Assembly (NCBI GenBank): GCA_036265105.1
Contig: DATAPR010000055.1
Coordinates: 42,229-106,228 of the forward strand
DNA: 64,000 bases
Origin: Sphingomicrobium sp.
Lineage (GTDB): Bacteria > Pseudomonadota > Alphaproteobacteria > Sphingomonadales > Sphingomonadaceae
Direction of reading: 5' to 3'
Shown: one piece after another, positions 47,646 through 57,886 of the stretch
Layout of the letters: every line of letters begins with the position of its first letter
How positions within the stretch are numbered: position 1 is the first letter of the stretch
Notes under the pieces: generated by a model
Databases searched by the model: none
The model's input: only the letters and a program-made list of their open reading frames with translations
What the model was told of the DNA's origin: nothing
Made by a program: the position numbers and the translations under genes

Positions 47646-49844
47646 GTGAGTTTCATGCATTGGCTTGATGTAGAGCCGTCGCGCGAGATCGATCCCGTCC
47701 TCGACTGCCTGACCTTCCTGGCTCGGCAGGCGGACCGGCCGTCATCGCCGGTCCTTCTCAGAGCGGGTCTAGCGGTCTCGGCCGACGGGCGCTTGCCGTT
47801 CCACCAGGTCGAGCCCGCGCTCGAGCAGGTCGGAATGCGTGCGGATCCCATCACTCGTGGTCTCAAGGGGTGGCCGTCGGGCAAATGCCCGGCGATCCTC
47901 GAGCTCGAGGACGAGCGCGCGGCCGTACTTCTCGAGGTTCGCGATCGCGACGGCCTGATCTACGCGCCAGGCCTTTCCGAGCCGATGTGGGTGAGGCTTT
48001 CCGAGGTCCAGCCAGTCTATACAGGCCGCGCGGTCGTGGTCGAAACCGATCCGACTCGCGAACGCTCGAACGAGCGTCCTTGGGACGTCGCCAAACGCCG
48101 CCACTGGTTCTGGTCCGAAATCTACAAGGTTCGCCGCGAATTCTGGCCGGTTCTGTTGGCCGCTCTCATCGTCAACTTGCTCGCCTTCGCGATGCCGCTG
48201 TTCACGATGAACGTCTACGACCGCGTCATTCCGAACAAGGCGGCCGCAACGCTCTGGGTGCTCGCGGTCGGAGTTCTCCTTGCGCTCTCCTTCGACTTTA
48301 CCCTTCGAATCGCCCGTTCGCGGCTGATCGACGAGGTCGCCCGCAAGCTCGACGCAAAGCTTTCGCAGAAGCTGTTCGAGAAGGTCATGAACCTTCCGAT
48401 GTCGGACCGCCAGGGGAGCACAGGTGCGCTTGCCCGGCGGGTCTCCGACTATGAGATGGTGCGCGACTTCTTCGCGTCGACAACCGTCGTTCTCGCCGTC
48501 GACCTCACCTTCATGATCCTCTTCCTCGCGTTCATCACCTTTGTCGGCGGATGGCTCGTTCTCGTGCCTCTTACCGGCATCGTGGTTATGCTGATCGCGG
48601 GCCTCAGCCTTCAGCGGCAGATGGGCAAGGTCGCCCTCGACGCGCAGGCGGATTCGAGCCTTCAGCATTCGGTTCTCGTTGAAGCGATTTCTGGCGCCGA
48701 GACGCTGAAGTCGGCTCGCGCCGAAGGGCAGATGCTTGGACGCTGGCGCCGCTATTCATCGATGAGCGCCGCGACGAGCGAGCGGATGCGCAAGCTTTCC
48801 GCGGTCGCCGTCAACCTCGCGAGCATTTCTCAGCAGTCGATCAGCGTTGGTCTTCTCGTCGGGGGATTCTACCGCTTCCAGACCGGCGACATGTCGATGG
48901 GCGCGATCATCGCCATCATCATGATTTCGGGTCGCTCGCTCCAGCCCGTCGGGCAGCTCGCCTTCCTCGTCACGCGGGGCAAGCAGGCGTTCGCGACCTT
49001 GACCTCGCTCCAGCGGATGATGGAAGCCGACGACGAGCGCCAGGGAGCGATGCGCAGCATCGTTCCCGAGATCCGGGCCGGGCACATCGAGCTCAAGGAC
49101 CTCACGTTCCGCTATCCCGGCGCATCGCGCGACTCTCTTTCGGCCGTCAACCTCAAGATCGAACCGGGTGAGCGGATCGGCATCATCGGCCGCGTCGCTT
49201 CGGGCAAGTCGACTCTCGGCCGAGTGCTGTGCGGGCTTTATCCGCCAAGCGGCGGCGAGATGCTCATCGATGGTCTCGATAGCCGTCAATACCATCCCCA
49301 TCAGCTTCGCGAGGCGTTCCGCTTTGTCAGCCAGGATGCCGACGTCTTCAGCGGCACGGTTCGCGACAACCTCATGCTTGGCGCCGCGCAGGCGGACGAC
49401 CAGCAGCTGATCGACGCCGTGGTTCGCTCAGGGGCCGACATCTTCCTCTCCCGCGACGCGGCGGGCTTCGATTTGCCGGTCGGAGAGCGGGGTGGCCGTC
49501 TGTCGGGCGGTCAGCGTTCCTTGCTCGTCCTTGCCCGGGCGCTCGTCACTCCGTCGAAAATGCTGTTCCTCGATGAGCCGACCGGCTCGATGGACACGCA
49601 GACCGAGCTCTATTTCATCGAGCATCTGAAGACGGCGCTTGCGCCCGGCCAGTCGCTCGTCGTTGCGACTCACCGTCACAACATGCTCTCGATCCTCAAC
49701 CGCCTGCTCGTGATCGACAATGGCAGGATCATCGCCGACGGTCCGCGTGACGAGATCTTGAAGCACCTCACGACCGCGGCGCAGGCGCCCAAAGCGCCCG
49801 ACGAGCGGATCGCTGCGCAGGTGCAGAAAGTCGTGAAGTCGTGA
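47646..49844 (+). CDS. T1SS ABC transporter with C39-like domain (LapB-like)
   Basis: N-terminal CLD; 'MNVYDRVIPN'; Walker A 'GRVASGKS'; 'LSGGQ'; 'LDEPT'. Confidence 0.93.
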   Translation: MSFMHWLDVEPSREIDPVLDCLTFLARQADRPSSPVLLRAGLAVSADGRLPFHQVEPALEQVGMRADPITRGLKGWPSGKCPAILELEDERAAVLLEVRDRDGLIYAPGLSEPMWVRLSEVQPVYTGRAVVVETDPTRERSNERPWDVAKRRHWFWSEIYKVRREFWPVLLAALIVNLLAFAMPLFTMNVYDRVIPNKAAATLWVLAVGVLLALSFDFTLRIARSRLIDEVARKLDAKLSQKLFEKVMNLPMSDRQGSTGALARRVSDYEMVRDFFASTTVVLAVDLTFMILFLAFITFVGGWLVLVPLTGIVVMLIAGLSLQRQMGKVALDAQADSSLQHSVLVEAISGAETLKSARAEGQMLGRWRRYSSMSAATSERMRKLSAVAVNLASISQQSISVGLLVGGFYRFQTGDMSMGAIIAIIMISGRSLQPVGQLAFLVTRGKQAFATLTSLQRMMEADDERQGAMRSIVPEIRAGHIELKDLTFRYPGASRDSLSAVNLKIEPGERIGIIGRVASGKSTLGRVLCGLYPPSGGEMLIDGLDSRQYHPHQLREAFRFVSQDADVFSGTVRDNLMLGAAQADDQQLIDAVVRSGADIFLSRDAAGFDLPVGERGGRLSGGQRSLLVLARALVTPSKMLFLDEPTGSMDTQTELYFIEHLKTALAPGQSLVVATHRHNMLSILNRLLVIDNGRIIADGPRDEILKHLTTAAQAPKAPDERIAAQVQKVVKS

Positions 49845-50863
49845 AAATCGCGGCTCGCAAAGTCATTTCTGCACGTCTCGCGGCGAGCGCCGCCGCGCTC
49901 GTCGGAGTGGTTGCGGTTTCGGCCCTTCTTGTTAGCGCCCGCCAGCCCGCGAGCGCTGCGGTGACGGTGATGATTCCAAAGGCGAGGGCCGCGGCGCTCA
50001 TCCAGGCCACCAGCGGCGATTCGATGACGGACATGCGCGCTGTCGGTGATGAGGCCCGCCTCATCAACGCTGCGCTGCCCTTTGCCAACGGGCCGTTACA
50101 TTCGGCTCAGCGCTTCGTTCTTGCCGGAACCGATCTCGACCAGCAGCGGGCGCTCCTCTGTCTCACCCAGGCGGTCTATTACGAGGCCGGTTTCGAGCCG
50201 CTCGAAGGCCGCCGGGCCGTGGCGCAAGTGGTTCTCAACAGGCTTCGCCATCCGGCTTTCCCGAAATCCGTCTGCGGGGTGGTCTACGAGGGCGCGGGAA
50301 GCGGGACCTGCCAGTTCACATTCGTTTGCGACGGGGCGCTCTATCGCAAGCCCGCAATCGATGCCTGGCGCGAAGCCGAGCAGGTCGCCCGAGCCGCTCT
50401 CTCCGGCTATGTCGAAACCTCGGTTGGCGAAGCCACGCATTACCACGCCGACTATGTCGCGCCGCGCTGGGCGCCGCTGCTGGCGAAGGTCGCCACGATC
50501 GGACAGCATATTTTCTACCGCTGGCCCGGCGAATGGGGCCAGCCTGCGGCCTTCACCGGTCACTATATCGGCGAGCCGCGCGATCCTTTGGCGATGCGGC
50601 CACCGCCGCCGGCTCCAGGGACGCAGGCCAGTGATGGACCCGTAACGCTGGCGCAGGTCGATGCCGGGCCACCAGTCGCCCGAGCAGCCGACGATGTTGG
50701 AGGCCTGCTGGACACCTCCAAGGGCTGGACTCTCAATATTCCTAGTCCCGAAGATAGCGACAGCGCGGCATCGAAGATGATCGCCGTCCAGCAGGGATCC
50801 TCTCAAGCGCCGCGGGAAGTTGCCGCGGCTCAGCCTGTAGCCGCATCGACGAGCAGCAGGTAA
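49841..50863 (+). CDS. Cell-wall hydrolase (SleB/Hydrolase_2 family)
   Basis: 'CLTQAVYYEAGFE', 'VLNR', 'CGVVYEG', 'CQFTF', 'ATHYHADYVAPRW'. Confidence 0.9.
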   Translation: MKIAARKVISARLAASAAALVGVVAVSALLVSARQPASAAVTVMIPKARAAALIQATSGDSMTDMRAVGDEARLINAALPFANGPLHSAQRFVLAGTDLDQQRALLCLTQAVYYEAGFEPLEGRRAVAQVVLNRLRHPAFPKSVCGVVYEGAGSGTCQFTFVCDGALYRKPAIDAWREAEQVARAALSGYVETSVGEATHYHADYVAPRWAPLLAKVATIGQHIFYRWPGEWGQPAAFTGHYIGEPRDPLAMRPPPPAPGTQASDGPVTLAQVDAGPPVARAADDVGGLLDTSKGWTLNIPSPEDSDSAASKMIAVQQGSSQAPREVAAAQPVAASTSSR

Positions 50864-50889
50864 ACTTAGAATTCCGGAGCAAGCGTATC

Positions 50890-52173
50890 ATGGCTACCCT
50901 TCCATTCATCGGACCCGCAATCAGACACCGCAAGCCAATGACCGGCGCGCGGATGATCATCGTTGCGACGGCGGCTGCGTTCCTGCTCTTTCTTATCTGG
51001 TCGAGCCTCGCTCAGGTTGACGAAGTGACCCGCGGCGAGGGCAGGGTCATCCCGTCGAGCAAGCTTCAGATCATCACGGCGGGCGATACGGCGACGGTCA
51101 GCGAGATCCTCGTCCGATCGGGCCAGAGGGTTCACAAGGGCGAGCTTCTCGTTCGCCTCGACAATCCGGAGAGCGAATCGCAGCTGGGTCAGCTTCAGGC
51201 AGAGACGCAGTCGCTCCAGGCGCGCTCAGCCAGACTGACTGCCGAGGGAATGGGCGGAAGCGACGCGTGCCAGGGCCCCGACTGCGCCGGTGAAGCAGCC
51301 CTTCGGGCAGCCCGGCAGTCGGCGCTTCGAAGCAAGGTCGAGGCATCGCAAGCAACGGCCGAACAAGCTCGGCGCGATGGAGCGGAAGCCGCAGGCACGG
51401 TCAGCAGCCTCCAAAGCACGCTCGCGCTCGCTCAGCACCAGGTGCAGATGATGACGCCGCTCGCCGCGAAGAACATCGTCCCCCAGACCGACCTTATCGA
51501 GAAGCAGCGCGAAGTCGTCGACATCCAGGGACGCATAGCCGCCGCCCGCGAACAGCAGGGCAAGGCCGCCGCGGCTGTTCAGGAAGCTGAGGCACAGGCC
51601 TCGCAGGCGACGTTCGAGTTCAAGCAGCAGGCGCTCGACGAGCGAAGCCAGGTGAATGCCAAGATCGCGGTCAACGAGCAGTCGCTCCGCGGCGCCGAAG
51701 GCAAACTCAGTCGCACCGAGATCCGCTCGCCGGTCGACGGCGTCGTCAATGATGTCCAGGTGACGACCATCGGCTCCTACGTTCAGCCGGGCCAGAAGAT
51801 CATGGAAGTCGTGCCTCTGGGCGACAAGCTTCTCGTGGAAACCCGAGTGAAGCCGAGCGACATTGCTTTCATCAAGGTCGGCGACCGGGCGCTCGTGAAG
51901 GTGACCGCCTACGACTTCTCGATCTACGGCGGCCTGCAGGGCCGTGTCGTCCAGGTTTCCGCGGATTCAATCTACGACGACAAGGAGAAGGAAGCCTATT
52001 TCACGGTCGTCGTTCAAACGGACAAGAGCTATCTCATGTCCCTAGGCCGTCCGCTTCCGATCACTCCGGGAATGATGACCAGCACCCAGATCATCACCGG
52101 GCGGAAGAGCATTCTGACCTATCTCTTGAAGCCGGCATTGAAGGCGAACAGCGACGCGCTTCGCGAACGCTGA
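50890..52173 (+). CDS. HlyD-family T1SS membrane fusion protein (LapC-like)
   Basis: 'VDEVTRGEGRVIP', 'IRSPVDGVV', 'DIAFI...KVTAYD', 'PGM...I-x-TG-x-KSILTYLLKP'. Confidence 0.93.
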   Translation: MATLPFIGPAIRHRKPMTGARMIIVATAAAFLLFLIWSSLAQVDEVTRGEGRVIPSSKLQIITAGDTATVSEILVRSGQRVHKGELLVRLDNPESESQLGQLQAETQSLQARSARLTAEGMGGSDACQGPDCAGEAALRAARQSALRSKVEASQATAEQARRDGAEAAGTVSSLQSTLALAQHQVQMMTPLAAKNIVPQTDLIEKQREVVDIQGRIAAAREQQGKAAAAVQEAEAQASQATFEFKQQALDERSQVNAKIAVNEQSLRGAEGKLSRTEIRSPVDGVVNDVQVTTIGSYVQPGQKIMEVVPLGDKLLVETRVKPSDIAFIKVGDRALVKVTAYDFSIYGGLQGRVVQVSADSIYDDKEKEAYFTVVVQTDKSYLMSLGRPLPITPGMMTSTQIITGRKSILTYLLKPALKANSDALRER

Positions 52174-53039
52174 TCGTTCTCGGCAATCGCAACCGGAGCA
52201 ACCGGAGCCGTCTCCCGATGGATCCGGTATCCGTGAGTCCATTCGCCATATGACGCGAAGGTGAGGATGGGCCGGTAATCGTCGACGTTCCTTGAATCGA
52301 GCACTTCGTCGGTGCTGTCGTCGAGGACGTACATGTGACCCGCGGCGCGTGCGACGAGCACCGCATGGTCGGCGCGCCGATCCAGATCATGAACGATCGT
52401 CAGATAAAGATCGTGCTGAGGAAAACCGGCGGCGCGGAGCAGCTGCATCTTGGCGATCGCATAATCCTCGCAATCGCCAAGGCCGCTGCTCAGGGTCTCG
52501 TTGGCCGATGACCAGACATCAGGACGACCCCAATGCTTCTGATCGTCCTCATACGTAACCCGGTGATTGACGAAATTGTTCACCCGCTCGAGCATCTCGA
52601 CCGCAGCAAATCCCTTGAGGGCGGCAGCAAAGCGCGCGGGCGATCCCGTGACTTGAGCATGTTCGACCGAATGCCATTTTGCATCGAGCGGCGTATGGCC
52701 CACCCTCAGAGCGACCGAGCCGAAGACGTCGGGGCGTCCGGTCAAGGCACCATCGTCTTGTGCCGGCACGTGTACGATCGCCTGCACGAGCGGCGGCGCC
52801 GAATAGGATGCGGACGCAAAGGATGCAGATGTGACGGCTGCGAACGCCGGCGCTGCATGCTGTTCGGAAAGGATAGCCTCCAGCGCGCTCGGCGCGCCGA
52901 GGATCGACTCGCTTTTCGACCATGCGAGAGATCCGGCGGTGCCGGGCAGCGACTGCGCCGAAGCGCTTCCGGGGAAAGCGAATGCGCAAAGTGCGGCCGA
53001 AAGCCCGATCGAAGCGCGAGTGATGCTGCGGATCGCCAT
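52119..53039 (-). CDS. lapG: Transglutaminase-like periplasmic cysteine protease (BTLCP, LapG-like)
   Basis: Signal peptide; 'VNNFVN', 'GDCEDYAIAK' (Cys), 'HAVL' (His), 'VLD' (Asp). Confidence 0.88.
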   Translation of the reverse strand: MAIRSITRASIGLSAALCAFAFPGSASAQSLPGTAGSLAWSKSESILGAPSALEAILSEQHAAPAFAAVTSASFASASYSAPPLVQAIVHVPAQDDGALTGRPDVFGSVALRVGHTPLDAKWHSVEHAQVTGSPARFAAALKGFAAVEMLERVNNFVNHRVTYEDDQKHWGRPDVWSSANETLSSGLGDCEDYAIAKMQLLRAAGFPQHDLYLTIVHDLDRRADHAVLVARAAGHMYVLDDSTDEVLDSRNVDDYRPILTFASYGEWTHGYRIHRETAPVAPVAIAENDQRSRSASLFAFNAGFKR

Positions 53040-53225
53040 GCATCGGCATCTCGCAAACTAAGTCGAAGATTAGCTTAGGGTCTGTGGTTACCGACAAATT
53101 TACTATCCATTCCGGAGCGTTCGTCATGCGCCGGATCAACCTCTGATTCGCTGCAGAGGTTCTTGCGGGATGGCAGGGCGCTCATTGACCCTGGTTTGAT
53201 CCAGCAAGATGAAAGGAACGTGGAA

Positions 53226-54302
53226 ATGGGAGATGAGCCTTTCGAGCTAAGGCTCGGCCACACGGGTAGCGAACCGACATATCTCGATGCGGTATTGCGC
53301 GTCGCACGACGTGCGAAAATGCCAAAAAAGGGTCGGAGGAGATTTTCCGGGAGCCGTCTCGGACGAGGCGCCGTGGCAGCACGAATGCTTGCTTTGCGCG
53401 GCCGTCACGCCGCCATCCGGACCCGCCGTGCGCATGTCCGCATGACGATGGTGAGGGTTGGACGATTGGGAAGGTTGCTCGCGCACCTTACATACCTCCA
53501 GCGCAACGGTGTCGCTCGCGACGGCGGCCGTGGGCAGCTTTATTCCGCTTCGCAGGACCATGCCGATGGACGTCAGTTCGCTGAACGCTGTCTTGGCGAT
53601 CGTCATCAGTTCAGATTCGCCGTCTCAGCAGAAGACGCAGACGAATATGAGGACCTTCAACCACTCATCCGTCGGTTCATGGGGCGTATGGAAGAGGATC
53701 TGGGAACGGGCCTCGATTGGGTCGCCGTAAACCACCTCGACACGTTCAGTCCGCATACCCACGTCGTTCTTCGCGGCAAGGATGACCTTGGCGGCAATTT
53801 GATCATCTCGCCTCAATACATCATGCGTGGCATGAGAGAGCGTGTCGCCGAGATCGCGAACCTGGATCTTGGACCGCGGATCGATCTGGAAAGCAAGCGG
53901 ACCCTGTTGCTTGAGGTCAGTGCGGAGCGGTTGACTTCGATCGATCTCAAGCTTCTGCGCGACATGGACAGCGAGCGGGTGGTGTCCGCTTTTTCAGCAA
54001 GCGACATGTTCGATCATTCGATACGGACCGGACGCCTGCACAAGCTCGAGAGATTTGGCTTAGCGGAGAATCTCGAGCGTGGGAGCTGGCGGCTCAGCGA
54101 GGAGCTCGAACGCACTCTGCACGCAATCGGGAAGCGTGCGGAGATGTTCAAAACACCGGGGCATGCGATTCCGATTGGGTATGATCGCGATTTTGGGACC
54201 GAGCCATCAGGGCCAGCGATGGGCGGCGAAGAGTCAGGACCGGTCGGACGACCCGCAAACATCGCTTGGTCCCTCGCTCACCGGCATGAAATTGAGCGCT
54301 AG
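53226..54302 (+). CDS. VirD2-like MOBP relaxase of Tn4371-type ICEs, apparently lacking the C-terminal DUF3363 domain
   Basis: 'HLTYLQRNG' (catalytic Tyr), 'HQFRFAVSAED', 'LDWVAVNH...PHTHVVLRG' (HUH); similarity ends after 'LERTLHAIGKRAEMFKT'. Confidence 0.8.
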   Translation: MGDEPFELRLGHTGSEPTYLDAVLRVARRAKMPKKGRRRFSGSRLGRGAVAARMLALRGRHAAIRTRRAHVRMTMVRVGRLGRLLAHLTYLQRNGVARDGGRGQLYSASQDHADGRQFAERCLGDRHQFRFAVSAEDADEYEDLQPLIRRFMGRMEEDLGTGLDWVAVNHLDTFSPHTHVVLRGKDDLGGNLIISPQYIMRGMRERVAEIANLDLGPRIDLESKRTLLLEVSAERLTSIDLKLLRDMDSERVVSAFSASDMFDHSIRTGRLHKLERFGLAENLERGSWRLSEELERTLHAIGKRAEMFKTPGHAIPIGYDRDFGTEPSGPAMGGEESGPVGRPANIAWSLAHRHEIER

Positions 54303-54461
54303 TAGACGGCTGCCGACACAATCCACCCTCCATTGAGGCGCCATAACATCTTCAGATTCGTCGGACGGCTGCTCGTTGCGTCCGGAAGGTACTTCACCCG
54401 ACTCGCGGCAGTCTTCGATCCCTAGCTGCGTCGTCGGCTCATTCCGGCGTGGAGCTTTCGG

Positions 54462-56483
54462 ATGACGCCCACCAAGCTGTTGATCGGCCAGATTCTGATC
54501 GTGTTCGCGATCGTCGTGCTTGGACTGTGGGCCGCGACGCAATTGGCCGCATCGATGCTCGCGTACCAGGCTGCGCTTGGTCCCTATTGGTTCCAGTTAG
54601 GGGAGTTGCGAATCTACCGTCCATGGGCGTTGTTTCCCTGGTGGTTCCATTTTGACGCTTACGCACGGAGCGTATTCGACAAGGCCGGGGCCCTCGCCGG
54701 AGCAAGCGGACTTCTCGGCTGCGCGGCCGCAATCGCTGGTTCGCTGTGGCGCGCGCGGCAATCGGGCGCGGTCACGACTTATGGCTCGGCAAGATGGGCG
54801 AATGAACACGAAGTGCAGGCGGCCGGCTTGTTCGGGGATGCCGGCGTCTTCATCGGATCACTCGATGGATCCTACCTTCGCCATAACGGGCCGGAGCATG
54901 TCATGGCGATCGCGCCAACCCGGAGTGGAAAGGGCGTCGGACTCGTAGTGCCGACGCTTCTTAGCTGGACAGGGTCGGCCGTAATTCATGACATCAAGGG
55001 CGAGAATTGGGCGCTGACCGCCGGCTGGCGCTCGCGTTTCTCGCACTGCCTTCTGTTCAATCCAACGGATGCGAGGTCCGCCCATTACAACCCGCTTCTC
55101 GAAGTGCGCCGCGGCCCCGAGGAAGTCCGTGACGTCCAGAATATCGCAGACATCCTCGTCGATCCGGAAGGGGCTCTCGAGCGGCGCAATCATTGGGAAA
55201 AGACGTCGCATGGGCTCCTGGTCGGAGCGATCCTACACGTCCTGTACGCCGATGAGGAGAAGAGCCTGGCGCGCGTCGCGACGTTCTTGAGCGACCCGAC
55301 GCGAAGCTTCGCGGCGACGCTCCAGGCGATGATGACCACCAATCACTTGGGCACGAAGCAAGCTCCACTTGTTCACCCTGTCGTAGCGTCTGCCGCTCGC
55401 GAACTTCTCAACAAGTCCGGCAACGAGCGATCGGGCGTACTTTCGACCGCAATGTCTTTCTTGGGCCTCTACCGGGATCCGACGATCGCGACCGTGACTC
55501 GCGACTGCGATTGGAGGATTGACGATTTGGTTGGTGCGGATCGGCCGGTCTCGCTCTACCTCGTCATCCCGCCTTCCGACATTTCGCGCACCAAGCCGCT
55601 GGTGCGGCTCCTCCTCAACCAGATAGGCCGTCGCCTCACCGAGCGCCTGCAGACTGCTGGGGAAGAGTTGCAGCCGCGTCTGCTGATGATGCTTGACGAA
55701 TTTCCAGCACTCGGCCGGCTGGATTTCTTCGAGACGGCACTCGCCTTCATGGCCGGCTATGGAATTCGCGCCTTTCTCATTGCGCAATCCCTTAATCAGA
55801 TCGCCAGGGCCTACGGCGAGAACAACTCGATCCTGGACAATTGCCATGTCAGGATCGCTTTCGCGACCAACGACGAGCGAACCGCGCGACGCATCTCGGA
55901 TGCTTTGGGCACCGGGACCGAGTTGCATTCGATGCGCAACTACGCCGGACACCGCCTGGCACCATGGCTCGCACACATAATGGTCAGCCGCCAGGAGACA
56001 GCAAGGGCCCTCTTAACTCCTGGCGAGATCATGCAGCTGCCTCCGGGCGAGGAACTCGTGCTGCTCTCCGGAATGCCGCCGATCCGCGCAAAGAAGCTGC
56101 GCTTCTTCGAGGATGGACGATTCGTCGCTCGAGTTTGTCCGCCGCCAATGCTTGCCGAGGGGAATTATGCGGACCGACCGCCAAAACGTCCCCATGATTG
56201 GTCGGCATGCCGCGCCGAATCCATCGTCGTGGATGCGGCGCTGGAAGATCTCCACGGCGAAGGAAGCCTGCAGCAGGATCACCGTCTGCGAAAAAATGCC
56301 GGTCAGGATCTTCCGTTGGTTGATCCGTACGCCTCTGACCCTCTGGGACTCGGCGCGGACGACGACGATTGCATCGTCGAGCCAGCTTCATTCGAGCGCA
56401 AGCCCGGACTTGCGCCTGTCATCACTGCTGACGGCATCAACCAGGGATCGGATCGCGGCAGCGACCTGATGCCGAGCTTTTAG
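54462..56483 (+). CDS. traG: Type IV coupling protein TraG/VirD4
   Basis: 'MTPTKLLIGQ' N-terminus; Walker A 'APTRSGKG'; 'DIKGEN'; 'MLDEFPALG'. Confidence 0.95.
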   Translation: MTPTKLLIGQILIVFAIVVLGLWAATQLAASMLAYQAALGPYWFQLGELRIYRPWALFPWWFHFDAYARSVFDKAGALAGASGLLGCAAAIAGSLWRARQSGAVTTYGSARWANEHEVQAAGLFGDAGVFIGSLDGSYLRHNGPEHVMAIAPTRSGKGVGLVVPTLLSWTGSAVIHDIKGENWALTAGWRSRFSHCLLFNPTDARSAHYNPLLEVRRGPEEVRDVQNIADILVDPEGALERRNHWEKTSHGLLVGAILHVLYADEEKSLARVATFLSDPTRSFAATLQAMMTTNHLGTKQAPLVHPVVASAARELLNKSGNERSGVLSTAMSFLGLYRDPTIATVTRDCDWRIDDLVGADRPVSLYLVIPPSDISRTKPLVRLLLNQIGRRLTERLQTAGEELQPRLLMMLDEFPALGRLDFFETALAFMAGYGIRAFLIAQSLNQIARAYGENNSILDNCHVRIAFATNDERTARRISDALGTGTELHSMRNYAGHRLAPWLAHIMVSRQETARALLTPGEIMQLPPGEELVLLSGMPPIRAKKLRFFEDGRFVARVCPPPMLAEGNYADRPPKRPHDWSACRAESIVVDAALEDLHGEGSLQQDHRLRKNAGQDLPLVDPYASDPLGLGADDDDCIVEPASFERKPGLAPVITADGINQGSDRGSDLMPSF

Positions 56484-56495
56484 AAAGGAGCGACC

Positions 56496-56900
56496 ATGGC
56501 GCGCACCGAGCTTGTCCGCCACTATCTTACCCTGAAGCGCGATCTTAGCGATCGCCTCGAGGAGGCGTCGCGGGCCCCAGGCGTCTACAAGAATGCAATT
56601 ATCGCGGCAGCCATTGACGCGTGGCTCGATCGCAAAGCCACGGACGAGCTGGAATTGAGGTTCGGGCGGCGCCTCGACAAAATTTCGTACCAACTCGCTC
56701 GGATCGAGCGGAATGGGCGGGTCGAGCTCGAAAGTATCGCACTCTTCGTACGCTATATGCTGACCGTGAATGCGCCGCTTCCGGAAGCCGACGAAGCGGC
56801 ACGGGCGATCGGGAGTGATCGGTTCACCGCTTTCGTCGAACGCGTTGGACGGCATCTGGCCAAAGGCCGGCTCAGCTTCCTGCCCGGGGAAGAAGGATGA
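56496..56900 (+). CDS. CopG/ribbon-helix-helix protein
   Basis: Usual position between traG and trbB; 'AAIDAWLD...RRLDKI...LARIER'. Confidence 0.8.
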   Translation: MARTELVRHYLTLKRDLSDRLEEASRAPGVYKNAIIAAAIDAWLDRKATDELELRFGRRLDKISYQLARIERNGRVELESIALFVRYMLTVNAPLPEADEAARAIGSDRFTAFVERVGRHLAKGRLSFLPGEEG

Positions 56901-57886
56901 GCGCTGTTGAATCGGCTGAGCGCCAGCGGGCGATGCTTCGTACGGCGATGGGACCAAAGATCGCCGCGGCTCTCGCCGACGACGAGGTCTTCGAAGTGAT
57001 GGTCAATCCGGACGGAGAAATTCGTCTCGATCGGCTGGGTTCAGGGCGCTGCACTACCGGCGCGTGCCTCGAGCCCGGCGAAGTCGAGCGCATCATTCGG
57101 CTGGTTGCGAGCCATGCGCGCACCGAGGTGCATGGCAACGCGCCGATTGTCAGCGCCGAGCTCCCACCGCTTGGAGACGGGCTCGCCGGCGAACGTTTCG
57201 AGGGTGTACTTCCGCCAGTCGCAAGCGGACCCTGCTTCTCGATCCGCAAGCCTGCATTCCGGATCTATACACTCGCCGACTACGAACGAGACGGGATCAT
57301 GACCGCCGAAGTCGCGCGGCTGCTTTCCCACGCGGTCGCCGATCATCGCAACATTCTCGTGGCAGGGGGCACCAGCTCGGGGAAAACCACGCTTGCCAAC
57401 GCCCTTCTCGCCGAGCTTGGCGCCCGCGACGAACGGGTGATCCTGATCGAGGACACCCGCGAGCTGCAATGCTCGGCGCCAGATACGGTGGCGCTTCGTA
57501 CCCGGTCGGGCGTGGTCAGCATGGCCGACCTCGTTCGCTCGACACTTCGCCTACGCCCCGACCGGATCATCGTTGGCGAAGTGCGAGGCGGCGAGGCCCT
57601 CGACATGCTCAAGGCGTGGAACACCGGTCATCCGGGGGGAATCGCGACCGTCCACGCCAACAGCTCGCGCTCCGCGCTCTACCGCCTCGAACAGCTGATC
57701 CAGGAGGCGGTGATCACGGTCCCGCGACGGCTCATCGCTGACGCGATCGACCTGATCGTCTTCATCGAAGGCCGGGGCGCGTCCCGTCGGATCGGCTGTC
57801 CCGAAACTGTCGAGGGCGTCGATTCCGCCGGCGACTATGCGCTTCGGCCCGCCGCCACCCAAACCCTGGTCATGGAAGGAGAGTGA
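56897..57886 (+). CDS. trbB: Conjugal transfer ATPase TrbB
   Basis: 'GGTSSGKTT', 'LIEDTREL', 'LRLRPDRIIVGEVRG', 'WNTGHPGG'. Confidence 0.95.
   Translation: MSAVESAERQRAMLRTAMGPKIAAALADDEVFEVMVNPDGEIRLDRLGSGRCTTGACLEPGEVERIIRLVASHARTEVHGNAPIVSAELPPLGDGLAGERFEGVLPPVASGPCFSIRKPAFRIYTLADYERDGIMTAEVARLLSHAVADHRNILVAGGTSSGKTTLANALLAELGARDERVILIEDTRELQCSAPDTVALRTRSGVVSMADLVRSTLRLRPDRIIVGEVRGGEALDMLKAWNTGHPGGIATVHANSSRSALYRLEQLIQEAVITVPRRLIADAIDLIVFIEGRGASRRIGCPETVEGVDSAGDYALRPAATQTLVMEGE

Noticed and set aside
47769-48668. 299-aa minus-strand ORF and similar long antisense ORFs over the T1SS and trb genes (e.g. 58691-60076)
   Set aside because: GC-rich shadows of conserved plus-strand genes.
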